Assembly: GCA_039621445.1 (NCBI GenBank)
Contig: CP154954.1
Span: 35,139,703-35,203,702 of the forward strand
Source: Euglena gracilis
Taxonomy: Eukaryota
DNA: 64,000 nt
Reading direction: 5' to 3'
The translations under genes were made by a program, and so were the position numbers. Position 1 is the first letter of the stretch. The number at the start of each line of letters is the position of its first letter. Below are positions 1-12,700 of the stretch, in pieces. The notes beneath the pieces are model-generated. The model saw only the letters and a program-made list of their open reading frames with translations, did no database searches and was not told the DNA's origin.

Positions 1-779
1 CAAGGCCACTTTGACCAAAGTGTCCCTGGCCAAGGCCACTTTGACCAAAGTGTCCCTGGCCAAGGCCACTTTGACCAAAGTGTCCCTGGCCAAGGCCACT
101 TTGACCAAAGTGTCCCTGGCCAAGGCCACTTTGACCAAAGTGTCCCTGGCCAAGGCCACTTTGACCAAAGTGTCCCTGGCCAAGGCCACTTTGACCAAAG
201 TGTCCCTACCCAAGGCCACTTTGACCAAAGTGTCCCTGGCCAAGGCCACTTTGACCAAAGTGTCCCTGGCCAAGGCCACTTTGACCAAAGTGTCCCTGGC
301 CAAGGCCACTTTAACAAAGTGTCCCTGGCCAAGGCCACTTTGACCAAAGTGTCCCTGGCCAAGGCCACTTTGACCAAAGTGTCCCTGGCCAAGGCCACTT
401 TGACCAAAGTGTCCCTGGCCAAGGCCACTTTGACCAAAGTGTCCCTGGCCAAGGCCACTTTGACCAAAGTGTCCCTGGCCAAGGCCACTTTGACCAAAGT
501 GTCCCTGGCCAAGGCCACTTTGACCAAAGTGTCCCTGGCCAAGGCCACTTTGACCAAAGTGTCCCTGGCCAAGGCCACTTTGACCAAAGTGTCCCTGGCC
601 AAGGCCACTTTGACCAAAGTGTCCCTGGCCAAGGCCACTTTGACCAAAGTGTCCCTGGCCAACGCCACTTTGACCAAAGTGTCCCTGGCCAAGGCCACTT
701 TGACCAAAGTGTCCCTGGCCAAGGCCACTTTGACCAAAGTGTCCCTGGCCAAGGCCACTTTGACCAAAGTGTCCCTGGC

Positions 780-3700
780 GAAGGCCACTTTGACCAAAGT
801 GTCCCTGGCGAAGGCCACTTTGACCAAAGTGTCCCTGGCCAAGGCTGTTTTGACCAAAGGATCCCGGGCCAAGGCCACTTTGACCAAAGTGTCCCTGGCC
901 AAGGCCACTTTGACGAAAGTGTCCCTGGCGAAGGCAACTTTGACCAAAGTGTCCCTGGTTAAGGCCACTTTGACCAAACTGTCCCTGGCCAAGGCCACTT
1001 TGACCAAAGTGTCCCTGGCCAAGGCCACTTTGACCAAAGTGTCCCTGGCCAAGGCCACTTTGACCAAAGTGTCCCTGGCCAAGGCCACTTTGACCAAAGT
1101 GTCCCTGGCCAAGGCCACTTTGACCAAAGTGTCCCTGGCCAAGGCCACTTTGACCAAAGTGTCCCTGGGGAAAGCCACTTTGACCAAAGTGTCCCTGGCA
1201 AAGGCCACTTTGACAAAGGTGTCCCTTTCCAAGGCCACTTTGACCAAAGTGTCCCTGGCGAAGGCCACTTTGACCAAAGTGTCCCTGGCCAAGGCCACTT
1301 TGACCAAAGTGTCCCTGGGCAAGGCCACTTTGACCAAAGTGTCCCTGGCCAAGGCCACTTTGACCAAAGTGTCCCTTGCCAAGGCCACTTTGACCAAAGT
1401 GTCCGTGGCCAAGGCCACCTTGACCAAAGTGTCCCTGGCCAAGGCCACCTTGACCAAAGTGTCCCTGGCAAAGGCCACTTTGACCAAAGTGTCCCTGGCA
1501 AAGGTCACTTTGACCAAAGTGTCCCTGGCCAAGGCCACTTTGACCAAAGTGTCCCTGGCCAAGGCCACTTTGACCAAAGTGTCCCTGGCCAAGGCCACTT
1601 TGACCAAAGTGTCCCTGGCCAAGGCCACTTTGACCAAAGTGTCCCTGGCCAAGGCCACTTTTACCAAAGTGTGACCTGGCCACGGCCACTTTGACCAAAC
1701 TGTCCCTTTCCAAGGCCACTTGGACCAAAGTGTCCCTGGCAATGGCCAATTTGACCAAAGTGTCCCTGGCCAAGGCCACTTTGACCAAAGTGCCCCCGCC
1801 AAGGCCACTTTGGCCAAAGTGTCCCTAGCCAACGCCACTTTGACCAAAGTGTCCCTGGCCAAGGCCACATTGACCAAAGTGTCCCTGGCCAAGGCCACCT
1901 TGACCAAAGTGTCCCTAGCCAAGGCCACTTTGACCAAAGTGTCCCGGGCCAAGGCGACTTTGACCAAAGTGTCCCGGGCCAAGGCCACCTTGACCAAAGT
2001 GTCCCTGGTCAAGGCCACCTTGACCAAAGTGTCCCTGGCCAAGGCCACTTTGACCAAAGTGGGGCCTGGCCAAGGCCACTTTGACCAAAGTGTCCCTGGC
2101 CAAGGCCACTTTGACCAAAGTGTGACCTGGCCAAGGCCACTTTGACCAAAGTGTCCCTAGCCAAGGCCACTTTGACAAAAGTGTCCCTGGCCAAGGCCAC
2201 TTTGCCCAAAGTGTCCCTGGCCAAGGCCACTTTGACCAAAGTGTTCCTGGCCAAGGCCACTTTGACCAAAGTGTCCCTGGCCAAGGCCACTTTGACCGAA
2301 GTGTCCCTGGCCAAGGCCACTTTGACCAAAGTGTCCCTGGCCAAGGCCACTTTGACCAAAGTGTCCCTGGCCAAGGCCACTTTGACCAAAGTGTCCCTGG
2401 CCAAGGCCACTTTGACCAAAGTGTCCCTGGCCAAGGCCACTTTGACCAAAGTGTCCCGGGCCAAGGCCCCTTGACCAAAGTGTCCCTGGCCAAGGCCACT
2501 TTGGCCAAAGTGTCCCTACCCAAGGCCACTTTGACCAAAGTGTCCCTGGCCAAGGCCACTTTGACCAAAGTGTCCCTGGCCAAGGCCACCTTGACCAAAG
2601 TGTCCCTGGCCAAGGCCACCTTGACCAAAGTGTCCCTGGCCAAGGCCACTTTGACCAAAGTGTCCCTGGCCAAGGCCACTTTGACCAAAGTGTTCCTGGC
2701 CAAGGCCACTTTGACCAAAGTGTCCCTGGCCAAAGCCACTTTGACCGAAGTGTCCCTGGCCAAGGCCACTTTGACCAAAGTGTCCCTGGCTAAGGCCACT
2801 TTGACCAAAGTGTCCCTGGCCAAGGCCACTTTGACCAAAGTGTTCCTGGCCAAGGCCACTTTGACCAAAGTGTCCCTGGGGAAAGCCACTTTGACCAAAG
2901 TGTCCCTGGCAAAGGCCACTTTGACCAAGGTGTCCCTGGCCAAGGCCAGTTTGACCAAAGTGTCCCTGGCCAAGGCCACTTTGACCAAAGTGTCCCTGGC
3001 CAAGGCCACTTTGACCAAAGTGTCCCTGGCCAAGGCCACTTTGAACTAAGTGTCCCTGGCCAAGGCCACTTTGACCAAAGTGTCCCTGGCCAAGGCCACT
3101 TTGACCAAAGTGTCCCTGGCCAACTCCACTTTGACCAAAGTGTCCCTGGCCAAGGCCACTTTGACCAAAGTGTGACCTGGCCAAGGCCACTTTAACCAAA
3201 GTGTCCCTGGCCAAGGCCACTTTGACCAAAGTGTCCCTGGCCAAGGCCACTTTGACCAAAGTGTCCCTGGCCAAGGCCACTTTGACCAAAGTGTTCCTGG
3301 CCAAGGCCACTTTGACCAAAGTGTCCCTGGGGAAAGCCACTTTGACCAAAGTGTCCCTGGCAAAGGCCACTTTGACCAAGGTGTCCCTGGCCAAGGCCAG
3401 TTTGACCAAAGTGTCCCTGGCGAAGGCCACTTTGACCAAAGTGTCCCTGGCCAAGGCCACTTTGAACAAAGTGTTCCTGGCCAAGGCCACTTTGACCAAA
3501 GTGTCCCTGGGCAAGGCCACTTTGACCAAAGTGTCCCTGGCCAAGGCCACTTTGACCAAAGTGTCCGTGGCCAAGGCCACTTTGACCAAAGTGTCCCTGG
3601 CCAAGGCCACCTTGACCAAAGTGTCCCTAGCCAAGGCCACTTTGACCAAAGTGTCCCTGGCAAAGGCCACTTTGACCAAAGTGTCCCTGGCCAAGGCCAC

Positions 3701-6700
3701 CTTAACCAAAGTGTCCCTGGCCAAGGCCACTTTGACCAAACTGTCCCTTTCCAAGGCCACTTTGACCAACGTGTCCCTGGCCAAGGCCACTTTGACCAAA
3801 GTGTCCCTGGCCAAGGCCACTTTGACCAAAGTGTCCCTGGCCAAGGCCACTTTGACCAAAGTGTCCCTGGCCAAGGCCACTTTTACCAAAGTGTGACCTG
3901 GCCACGGCCACTTTGACCAAACTGTCCCTTTCCAAGGCCACTTTGACCAAAGTGTCCCTGGCAATGGCCAATTTGACCAAAGTGTCCCTGGCCAAGGCCA
4001 CTTTCACCAAAGTGTCCCTGGCCAAGGCCACTTTGACCAAAGTGCCCCGGCCAAGGCCACTTTGGCCAAAGTGTCCCTAGCCAAGGCCACTTTGACCAAA
4101 GTGTCCCTGGCCAAGGCCACATTGACCAAAGTGTCCCTGGCCAAGGCCACCTTGACCAAAGTGTCCCTAGCCAAGGCCACTTTGACCAAAGTGTCCCGGG
4201 CCAAGGCCACTTTGACCAAAGTGTCCCGGGCCAAGGCAACCCTGACCAAAGTGTCCCTGGTCAAGGCCACCTTGACCAAAGTGTCCCTGGCCAAGGCCAC
4301 TTTGACCAAAGTGTGACCTGGCCAAGGCCACTTTGACCAAAGTGTCCCTGGCCAAGGGCACTTTGACCAAAGTGTGACCTGGCCAAGGCCACTTTGACCA
4401 AAGTGTCCCTAGCCAAGGCCACTTTGACAAAAGTGTCCCTGGCCAAAGCCACTTTGACCAAAGTGTCCCTGGCCAAGGCCACTTTGACCAAAGTGTTCCT
4501 GGCCAAGGCCACTTTGACCAAAGTGTCCCTGGCCAAGGCCACTTTGACCGAAGTGTCCCTGGCCAAGGCCACTTTGACCAAAGTGTCCCTGGCCAAGGCC
4601 ACTTTGACCAAAGTGTCCCTGGCCAAGGCCACTTTGACCAAAGTGTCCCTGGCCAAGGCCACTTTGACCAAAGTGTCCCTGGCCAAGGCCACTTTGACCA
4701 AAGTGTCCCTGGCCAAGGCCACTTTGACCAAAGTGTCCCTGGCCAAGGCCACTTTGACCAAAGTGTCCCTGGCCAAGGCCACTTTGACCAAAGTGTCCCT
4801 GGCCAAGGCCACTTTGACCAAAGTGTCCCGGGCCAAGGCCACTTTGACCAAAGTGTCCCTAGCCAAGGCCACTTTGACCAAAGTGTCCCGGGCCAAGGCC
4901 ACTTTGACCAAAGTGTCCCGGGCCAAGGCCACTTTGGCCAAAGTGTCCCTAGCCAAGGCCACTTTGACCAAAGTGTCCCTGGCCAAGGCCACTTTGACCG
5001 AAGTGTCCCGGGCCAAGGCCACTTTGACCAAAGTGTCCCTGGCCAAGGCCACTTTGACCAAAGTGTCCCTGGCCAACTCCACTTTGACCAAAGTGTCCCT
5101 GGCCAAGGCCACTTTGACCAAAGTGTGACCTGGCCAAGGCCACTTTGACCAAGGTGTCCCGGGCCAAGGCCACTTTTACCAAAGTGTGACCTGGCCACGG
5201 CCACTTTGACCAAACTGTCCCTTTCCAAGGCCACTTTGACCAAAGTGTCCCTGGCAATGGCCAATTTGACCAAAGTGTCCCTGGCCAAGGCCACTTTCAC
5301 CAAAGTGTCCCTGGCCAAGGCCACTTTGACCAAAGTGCCCCAACCAAGGCCACTTTGGCCAAAGTGTCCCTAGCCAAGGCCACTTTGACCAAAGTGTCCC
5401 TGGCCAAGGCCACTTGGACCAAAGTGTCCCTGGCCAAGGCCACCTTGACCAAAGTGTCCCTGGCCAAGGCCACTTTGACCAAAGTGTCCCGGGCCAAGGC
5501 CACTTTGACCAAAGTGTCCCGGGCCAAGGCCACCTTGACCAAAGTGTCCCTGGTCAAGGCCACCTTGACCAAAGTGTCCCTGGCCAAGGCCACTTTGACC
5601 AAAGTGTGACCTGGCCAAGGCCACTTTGACCAAAGTGTCCGTGGCCAAGGGCACTTTGACCAAAGTGTGACCTGGCCAAGGCCACTTTGACCAAAGTGTC
5701 CCTAGCCAAGGCCACTTTGACAAAAGTGTCCCTGGCCAAGGCCACTTTGACCAAAGTGTCCCTGGCCAAGGCCACTTTGACCAAAGTGTTCCTGGCCAAG
5801 GCCACTTTGACCAAAGTGTCCCTGGCCAAGGCCACTTTGACCGAAGTGTCCCTGGCCAAGGCCACTTTGACCAAAGTGTCCCTGGCCAAGGCCACTTTGA
5901 CCAAAGTGTCCCTGGCCAAGGCTACTTTGACCAAAGTGTCCCTGGCCAAGGCCACTTTGACCAAAGTGTCCCTGGCCAAGGCCACTTTGACCAAAGTGTC
6001 CCTGGCCAAGGCCACTTTGACCAAAGTGTCCCTGGCCAAAGCCACTTTGCCCAAAGTGTCCCTGGCCAAGGCCACTTTGACCAAAGTGTCCCTGGCCAAG
6101 GCCACTTTGACCAAAGTGTCCCGGGCCAAGGCCACTTTGACCAAAGTGTCCCTAGCCAAGGCCACTTTGACCAAAGTGTCCCGGGCCAAGGCCACTTTGA
6201 CCAAAGTGTCCCGGGCCAAGGCCACTTTGGCCAAAGTGTCCCTAGCCAAGGCCACTTTGACCAAAGTGTCCCTGGCCAAGGCCACTTTGACCAAAGTGTC
6301 CCGGGCCAAGGCCACTTTGACCAAAGTGTCCCTGGCCAAGGCGGCTTTGAACAAAGTGTCCCTGGCCAGGGCCACTTTGACCAAAGTGTCCCTGGCCAAG
6401 GCCACTTTGACCAAAGTGTCCCTGGCCAAGGCCACTTTGACCAAAGTGTCGCTGGCCAAGGCCACTTTGACCAAAGTGTCCCTGGGGAAAGCCACTTTGA
6501 CCAAAGTGTCCCTGGCAAAGGCCACTTTGACCAAGGTGTCCCTGGCCAAGGCCAGTTTGACCAAAGTGTCCCTGGCGAAGGCCACTTTGACCAAAGTGTC
6601 CCTGGCCAAGGCCACTTTGAACAAAGTGTTCCTGGCCAAGGCCACTTTGACCAAAGTGTCCCTGGGCAAGGCCACTTTGACCAAAGTGTCCCTGGCCAAG

Positions 6701-9700
6701 GCCACTTTGACCAAAGTGTCCGTGGCCAAGGCCACTTTGACCAAAGTGTCCCTGGCCAAGTCCACCTTGACCAAAGTGTCCCTAGCCAAGGCCACTTTGA
6801 CCAAAGTGTCCCTGGCAAAGGCCACTTTGACCAAAGTGTCCCTGGCCAAGGCCACCTTGACCAAAGTGTCCCTGGCCAAGGCCACTTTGACCAAACTGTC
6901 CCTTTCCAAGGCCACTTTGACCAACGTGTCCCTGGCCAAGGCCACTTTGACCAAAGTGTCCCTGGCCAAGGCCACTTTGACCAAAGTGTCCCTGGCCAAG
7001 GCCACTTCGACCAAAGTGTCCCTGGCCAAGGCCACTTTTACGAAATTGTGACCTGGCCACGGCCACTTTGACCAAACTGTCCCTTTCCAAGGCCACTTTG
7101 ACCAAAGTGTCCCTGGCAATGGCCAATTTGACCAAAGTGTCCCTGGCCAAGGCCACTTTCACCAAAGTGTCCCTGGCCAAGGCCACTTTGACCAAAGTGC
7201 CCCGGCCAAGGCCACTTTGGCCAAAGTGTCCCTAGCCAAGGCCACTTTGACCAAAGTGTCCCTGGCCCAGGCCACATTGACCAAAGTGTCCCTGGCCAAG
7301 GCCACCTTGACCAAAGTGTCCCTAGCCAAGGCCACTTTGACCAAAGTGTCCCGGGCCAAGGCCACCTTGACAAAAGTGTGACCTGGCCAAGGCCACTTTG
7401 ACCAAAGTGTCCCTGGCCAAGGCCACTTTGACCAAAGTGTGACCTGGCCAAGGCCACTTTGACCAAAGTGTCCCTAGCCAAGGCCACTTTGACAAAAGTG
7501 TCCCTGGCCAAGGCCACTTTGACCAAAGTGTCCCTTGCCAAAGCCACTTTGACCAAAGTGTTCCTGGCCAAGGCCACCTTGACCAAAGTGTCCCTGGCCA
7601 AGGCCACTTTGACCAAAGTGTCCCTGGCCAAGGCCACTTTGACCAAAGTGTCCCTGGCCAAGGCCACTTTGACCAAAGTGTCCCTGGCCAAGGCCACTTT
7701 GACCAAAGTGTCCCTGGCCAAGGCCACTTTGACCAAAGTGTCCCTGGCCAAGGCCACTTTGACCAAAGTGTCCCTGGGGAAAGCCACTTTGACCAAAGTG
7801 TCCCTGGCAAAGGCCACTTTGACAAAGGTGTCCCTTTCCAAGGCCACTCTGACCAAAGTGTCCCTGGCGAAGGCCACTTTGACCAAAGTGTCCCTGGCAA
7901 ACGCCACTTTGAACAAAGTGTTCCTGGCCAAGGCCACATTGACCAAAGTGTCCCTGGCCAAGGCCACTTTGACCAAAGTGTCCGTGGCCAAGGCCACTTT
8001 GACCAAAGTGTCCCTGGCCAAGGCCACCTTGACCAAAGTGTCCCTAGCCAAGGCCACTTTGACCAAAGTGTCCCTGGCAAAGGCCACTTTGACCAAAGTG
8101 TCCCTGGCCAAGGCCACTTTGACCAAAGTGTCCCTGGCCAAGGCCACTTTGACCAAAGTGTCCCTGGCCAAGGCCACTTTGACCAAAGTGTCCCTGGCCA
8201 AGGCCACTTTGACCAAAGTGTCCCTGGCCAAGGCCACTTTTACCAAAGTGTGACCTGGCCACGGCCACTTTGACCAAACTGTCCCTTTCCAAGGCCACTT
8301 GGACCAAAGTGTCCCTGGCAATGGCCAATTTGACCAAAGTGTCCCTGGCCAAGGCCACTTTCACCAAAGTTTCCCTGGCCAAGGCCACTTTGACCAAACT
8401 GCCCCGGCCAAGGCCACTTTGGCCAAAGTGTCCCTAGCCAAGGCCACTTTGACCAAAGTGTCCCTGGCCAAGGCCACATTGACCAAAGTGTCCCTGGCCA
8501 AGGCCACCTTGACCAAAGTGTCCCTAGCCAAGGCCACTTTGACCAAAGTGTCCCGGGCCAAGGCGACTTTGACCAAAGTGTCCCGGGCCAAGGCCACCTT
8601 GACCAAAGTGTCCCTGGTCAAGGCCACCTTGACCAAAGTGTCCCTGGCCAAGGCCACTTTGACCAAAGTGTGGCCTGGCCAAGGCCACTTTGACCAAAGT
8701 GTCCCTGGCCAAGGCCACTTTGACCAAAGTGTGACCTGGCCAAGGCCACTTTGACCAAAGTGTCCCTAGCCAAGGCCACTTTGACAAAAGTGTCCCTGGC
8801 CAAGGCCACTTTGCCCAAAGTGTCCCTGGCCAAGGCCACTTTGACCAAAGTGTTCCTGGCCAAGGCCACTTTGACCAAAGTGTCCCTGGCCAAGGCCACT
8901 TTGACCGAAGTGTCCCTGGCCAAGGCCACTTTGACCAAAGTGTCCCTGGCCAAGGCCACTTTGACCAAAGTGTCCCTGGCCAAGGCCACTTTGACCAAAG
9001 TGTCCCTGGCCAAGGCCACTTTGACCAAAGTGTCCCTGGACAAGGCCACTTTGACCAAAGTGTCCCTGGCCAAGGCCACTTTGACCAAAGTGTCCCTGGC
9101 CAATGCCACTTTGACCAAAGTGTCCCTGGCCAAGGCCACTTTGACCAAAGTGTCCCTAGCCAAGGCCACTTTGACCAAAGTGTCCCGGGCCAAGGCCCCT
9201 TGACCAAAGTGTACCTGGCCAAGGCCACTTTGGCCAAAGTGTCCCTACCCAAGGCCACTTTGACCAAAGTGTCCCTGGCCAAGGCCACTTTGACCAAAGT
9301 GTCCCTGGCCAAGGCCACCTTGACCAAAGTGTCCCTGGCCAAGGCCACCTTGACCAAAGTGTCTCTGGCCAAGGCCACTTTGACCAAACTGTCCCTTTCC
9401 AAGGCCACTTTGACCAAAGTGTCCCTGGCCAAGGCCACTTTGACCAAAGTGTCCCTGGCCAAGGCCACCTTGACCAAAGTGTGACCTGGCCAAGGCCACT
9501 TTGACCAAAGTGTCCCTGGCCAAGGCCACTTTGACAAAGGTGTCCCTGGCCAAGGCCACTTTTACCAAACTGTCCCTTTCCAAGGCCACTTTGACCAAAG
9601 TGTCCCTGGCCAAGGCCACTTTGACCAAAGTGTCCCTGGCCAAGGCCACTTTGACGAAAGTGTCCCTGGCGAAGGCAACTTTGACCAAAGTGTCCCTGGC

Positions 9701-12700
9701 CAAGGCCACTTTGACCAAACTGTCCCTGGCCAAGGCCACGTTGACCAAAGTGACCCTGGCGAAGGCCACTTTGACCAAAGTGTCCCTGGCGAAGGCCACT
9801 TTGACCAAAGTGTCCCTGGCCAAGGCTGTTTTGACCAAAGGATCCCGGGCCAAGGCCACTTTGACCAAAGTATCCCTGGCCAAGGCCACTTTGACGAAAG
9901 TGTCCCTGGCGAAGGCAACTTTGACCAAAGTGTCCCTGGTTAAGGCCACTTTGACCAAACTGTCCCTGGCCAAGGCCACTTTGACCAAAGTGTCCCTGGC
10001 CAAGGCCACTTTGACCAAAGTGTCCCTGGCCAAGGCCACTTTGACCAAAGTGTCCCTGGCCAAGGCCACTTTGACCAAAGTGTCCCTGGCCAAGGCCACT
10101 TTGACCAAAGTGTCCCTGGCCAAGGCCACTTTGACCAAAGTGTCCCTGGGGAAAGCCACTTTGACCAAAGTGTCCCTGGCAAAGGCCACTTTGACAAAGG
10201 TGTCCCTTTCCAAGGCCACTTTGACCAAAGTGTCCCTGGCGAAGGCCACTTTGACCAAAGTGTCCCTGGCCAAGGCCACTTTGACCAAAGCGTCCCTGGG
10301 CAAGGCCACTTTGACCAAAGTGTCCCTGGCCAAGGCCACTTTGACCAAAGTGTCCCTGGCCAAGGCCACTTTGACCAAAGTGTCCGTGGCCAAGGCCACC
10401 TTGACCAAAGTGTCCCTGGCCAAGGCCACCTTGACCAAAGTGTCCCTGGCAAAGGCCACTTTGACCAAAGTGTCCCTGGCAAAGGCAACTTTGACCAAAG
10501 TGTCCCTGGCCAAGGCCACTTTGACCAAAGTGTCCCTGGCCAAGGCCACTTTGACCAAAGTGTCCCTGGCCAAGGCCACTTTGACCAAAGTGTCCCTGGC
10601 CAAGGCCACTTTGACCAAAGTGTCCCTGGCCAAGGCCACTTTTACCAAAGTGTGACCTGGCCACGGCCACTTTGACCAAACTGTCCCTTTCCAAGGCCAC
10701 TTGGACCAAAGTGTCCCTGGCAATGGCCAATTTGACCAAAGTGTCCCTGGCCAAGGCCACTTTCACCAAAGTGTCCCTGGCCAAGGCCACTTTGACCAAA
10801 GTGCCCCGGCCAAGGCCACTTTGGCCAAAGTGTCCCTAGCCAAGGCCACTTTGACCAAAGTGTCCCTGGCCAAGGCCACATTGACCAAAGTGTCCCTGGC
10901 CAAGGCCACCTTGACCAAAGTGTCCCTAGCCAAGGCCACTTTGACCAAAGTGTCCCGGGCCAAGGCGACTTTGACCAAAGTGTCCCGGGCCAAGGCCACC
11001 TTGACCAAAGTGTCCCTGGTCAAGGCCACCTTGACCAAAGTGTCCCTGGCCAAGGCCACTTTGACCAAAGTGTCCCTGGCCAAGGCCACTTTGACCAAAG
11101 TGTCCCTGGCCAAGGCCACTTTGACCAAAGTGTCCCTGGCCAAGGCCACTTTGACCAAAGTGTCCCTAGCCAAGGCCACTTTGACAAAAGTGTCCCTGGC
11201 CAAGGCCACTTTGCCCAAAGTGTCCCTGGCCAAGGCCACTTTGACCAAAGTGTTCCTGGCCAAGGCCACTTTGACCAAAGTGTCCCTGGCCAAGGCCACT
11301 TTGACCGAAGTGTCCCTGGCCAAGGCCACTTTGACCAAAGTGTCCCTGGCCAAGGCCACTTTGACCAAAGTGTCCCTGGCCAAGGCCACTTTGACCAAAG
11401 TGTCCCTGGCCAAGGCCACTTTGACCAAAGTGTCCCTGGCCAAGGCCACTTTGACCAAAGTGTCCCGGGCCAAGGCCCCTTGACCAAAGTGTCCCTGGCC
11501 AAGGCCACTTTGGCCAAAGTGTCCCTACCCAAGGCCACTTTGACCAAAGTGTCCCTGGCCAAGGCCACTTTGACCGAAGTGTCCCTGGCCAAGGCCACCT
11601 TGACCAAAGTGTCCCTGGCCAAGGTCACCTTGACCAAAGTGTCCCTGGCCAAGGCCACTTTGACCAAAGTGTCCCTGGCCAAGGCCACTTTGACCAAAGT
11701 GTCCCTGGCCAAGGCCACTTTGACCAAAGTGTCCCTGGCCAAGGCCACTTTGACCGAAGTGTCCCTGGCCAAGGCCACTTTGACCAAAGTGTCCCTGGCC
11801 AAGGCCACTTTGACCAAAGTGTCCCTGGCCAAGGCCACTTTGACCAAAGTGTCCCTGGCCAAGGCCACTTTGACCAAAGTGTCCCTGGCCAAGGCCACTT
11901 TGAACAAAGTGTCCCTGGCCAAGGCCACTTTGACCAAAGTGTCCCTGGCCAAGGCCACTTTGACCAAAGTGTCCCTGGCCAACTCCACTTTGACCAAAGT
12001 GTCCCTGGCCAAGGCCACTTTGACCAAAGTGTGACCTGGCCAAGGCCACTTTGACCAAAGTGTCCCTGGCCAAGGCCACTTTGACCAAAGTGTTCCTGGC
12101 CAAGGCCACTTTGACCAAAGTGTCCCTGGGGAAAGCCACTTTGACCAAAGTGTCCCTGGCAAAGGCCACTTTGACCAAGGTGTCCCTGGCCAAGGCCAGT
12201 TTGACCAAAGTGTCCCTGGCGAAGGCCACTTTGACCAAAGTGTCCCTGGCCAAGGCCACGTTGAACAAAGTGTTCCTGGCCAAGGCCACTTTGACCAAAG
12301 TGTCCCTGGGCAAGGCCACTTTGACCAAAGTATCCCTGGCCAAGGCCACTTTGACCAAAGTGTCCGTGGCCAAGGCCACTTTGACCAAAGTGTCCCTGGC
12401 CAAGGCCACCTTGACCAAAGTGTCCCTAGCCAAGGCCACTTTGACCAAAGTGTCCCTGGCAAAGGCCACTTTGACCAAAGTGTCCCTGGCCAAGGCCACC
12501 TTAACCAAAGTGTCCCTGGCCAAGGCCACTTTGACCAAACTGTCCCTTTCCAAGGCCACTTTGACCAACGTGTCCCTGGCCAAGGCCACTTTGACCAAAG
12601 TGTCCCTGGCCAAGGCCACTTTGACCAAATTGTCCCTGGCCAAGGCCACTTTGACCAAAGTGTCCCTGGCCAAGGCCACTTTTACCAAAGTGTGACCTGG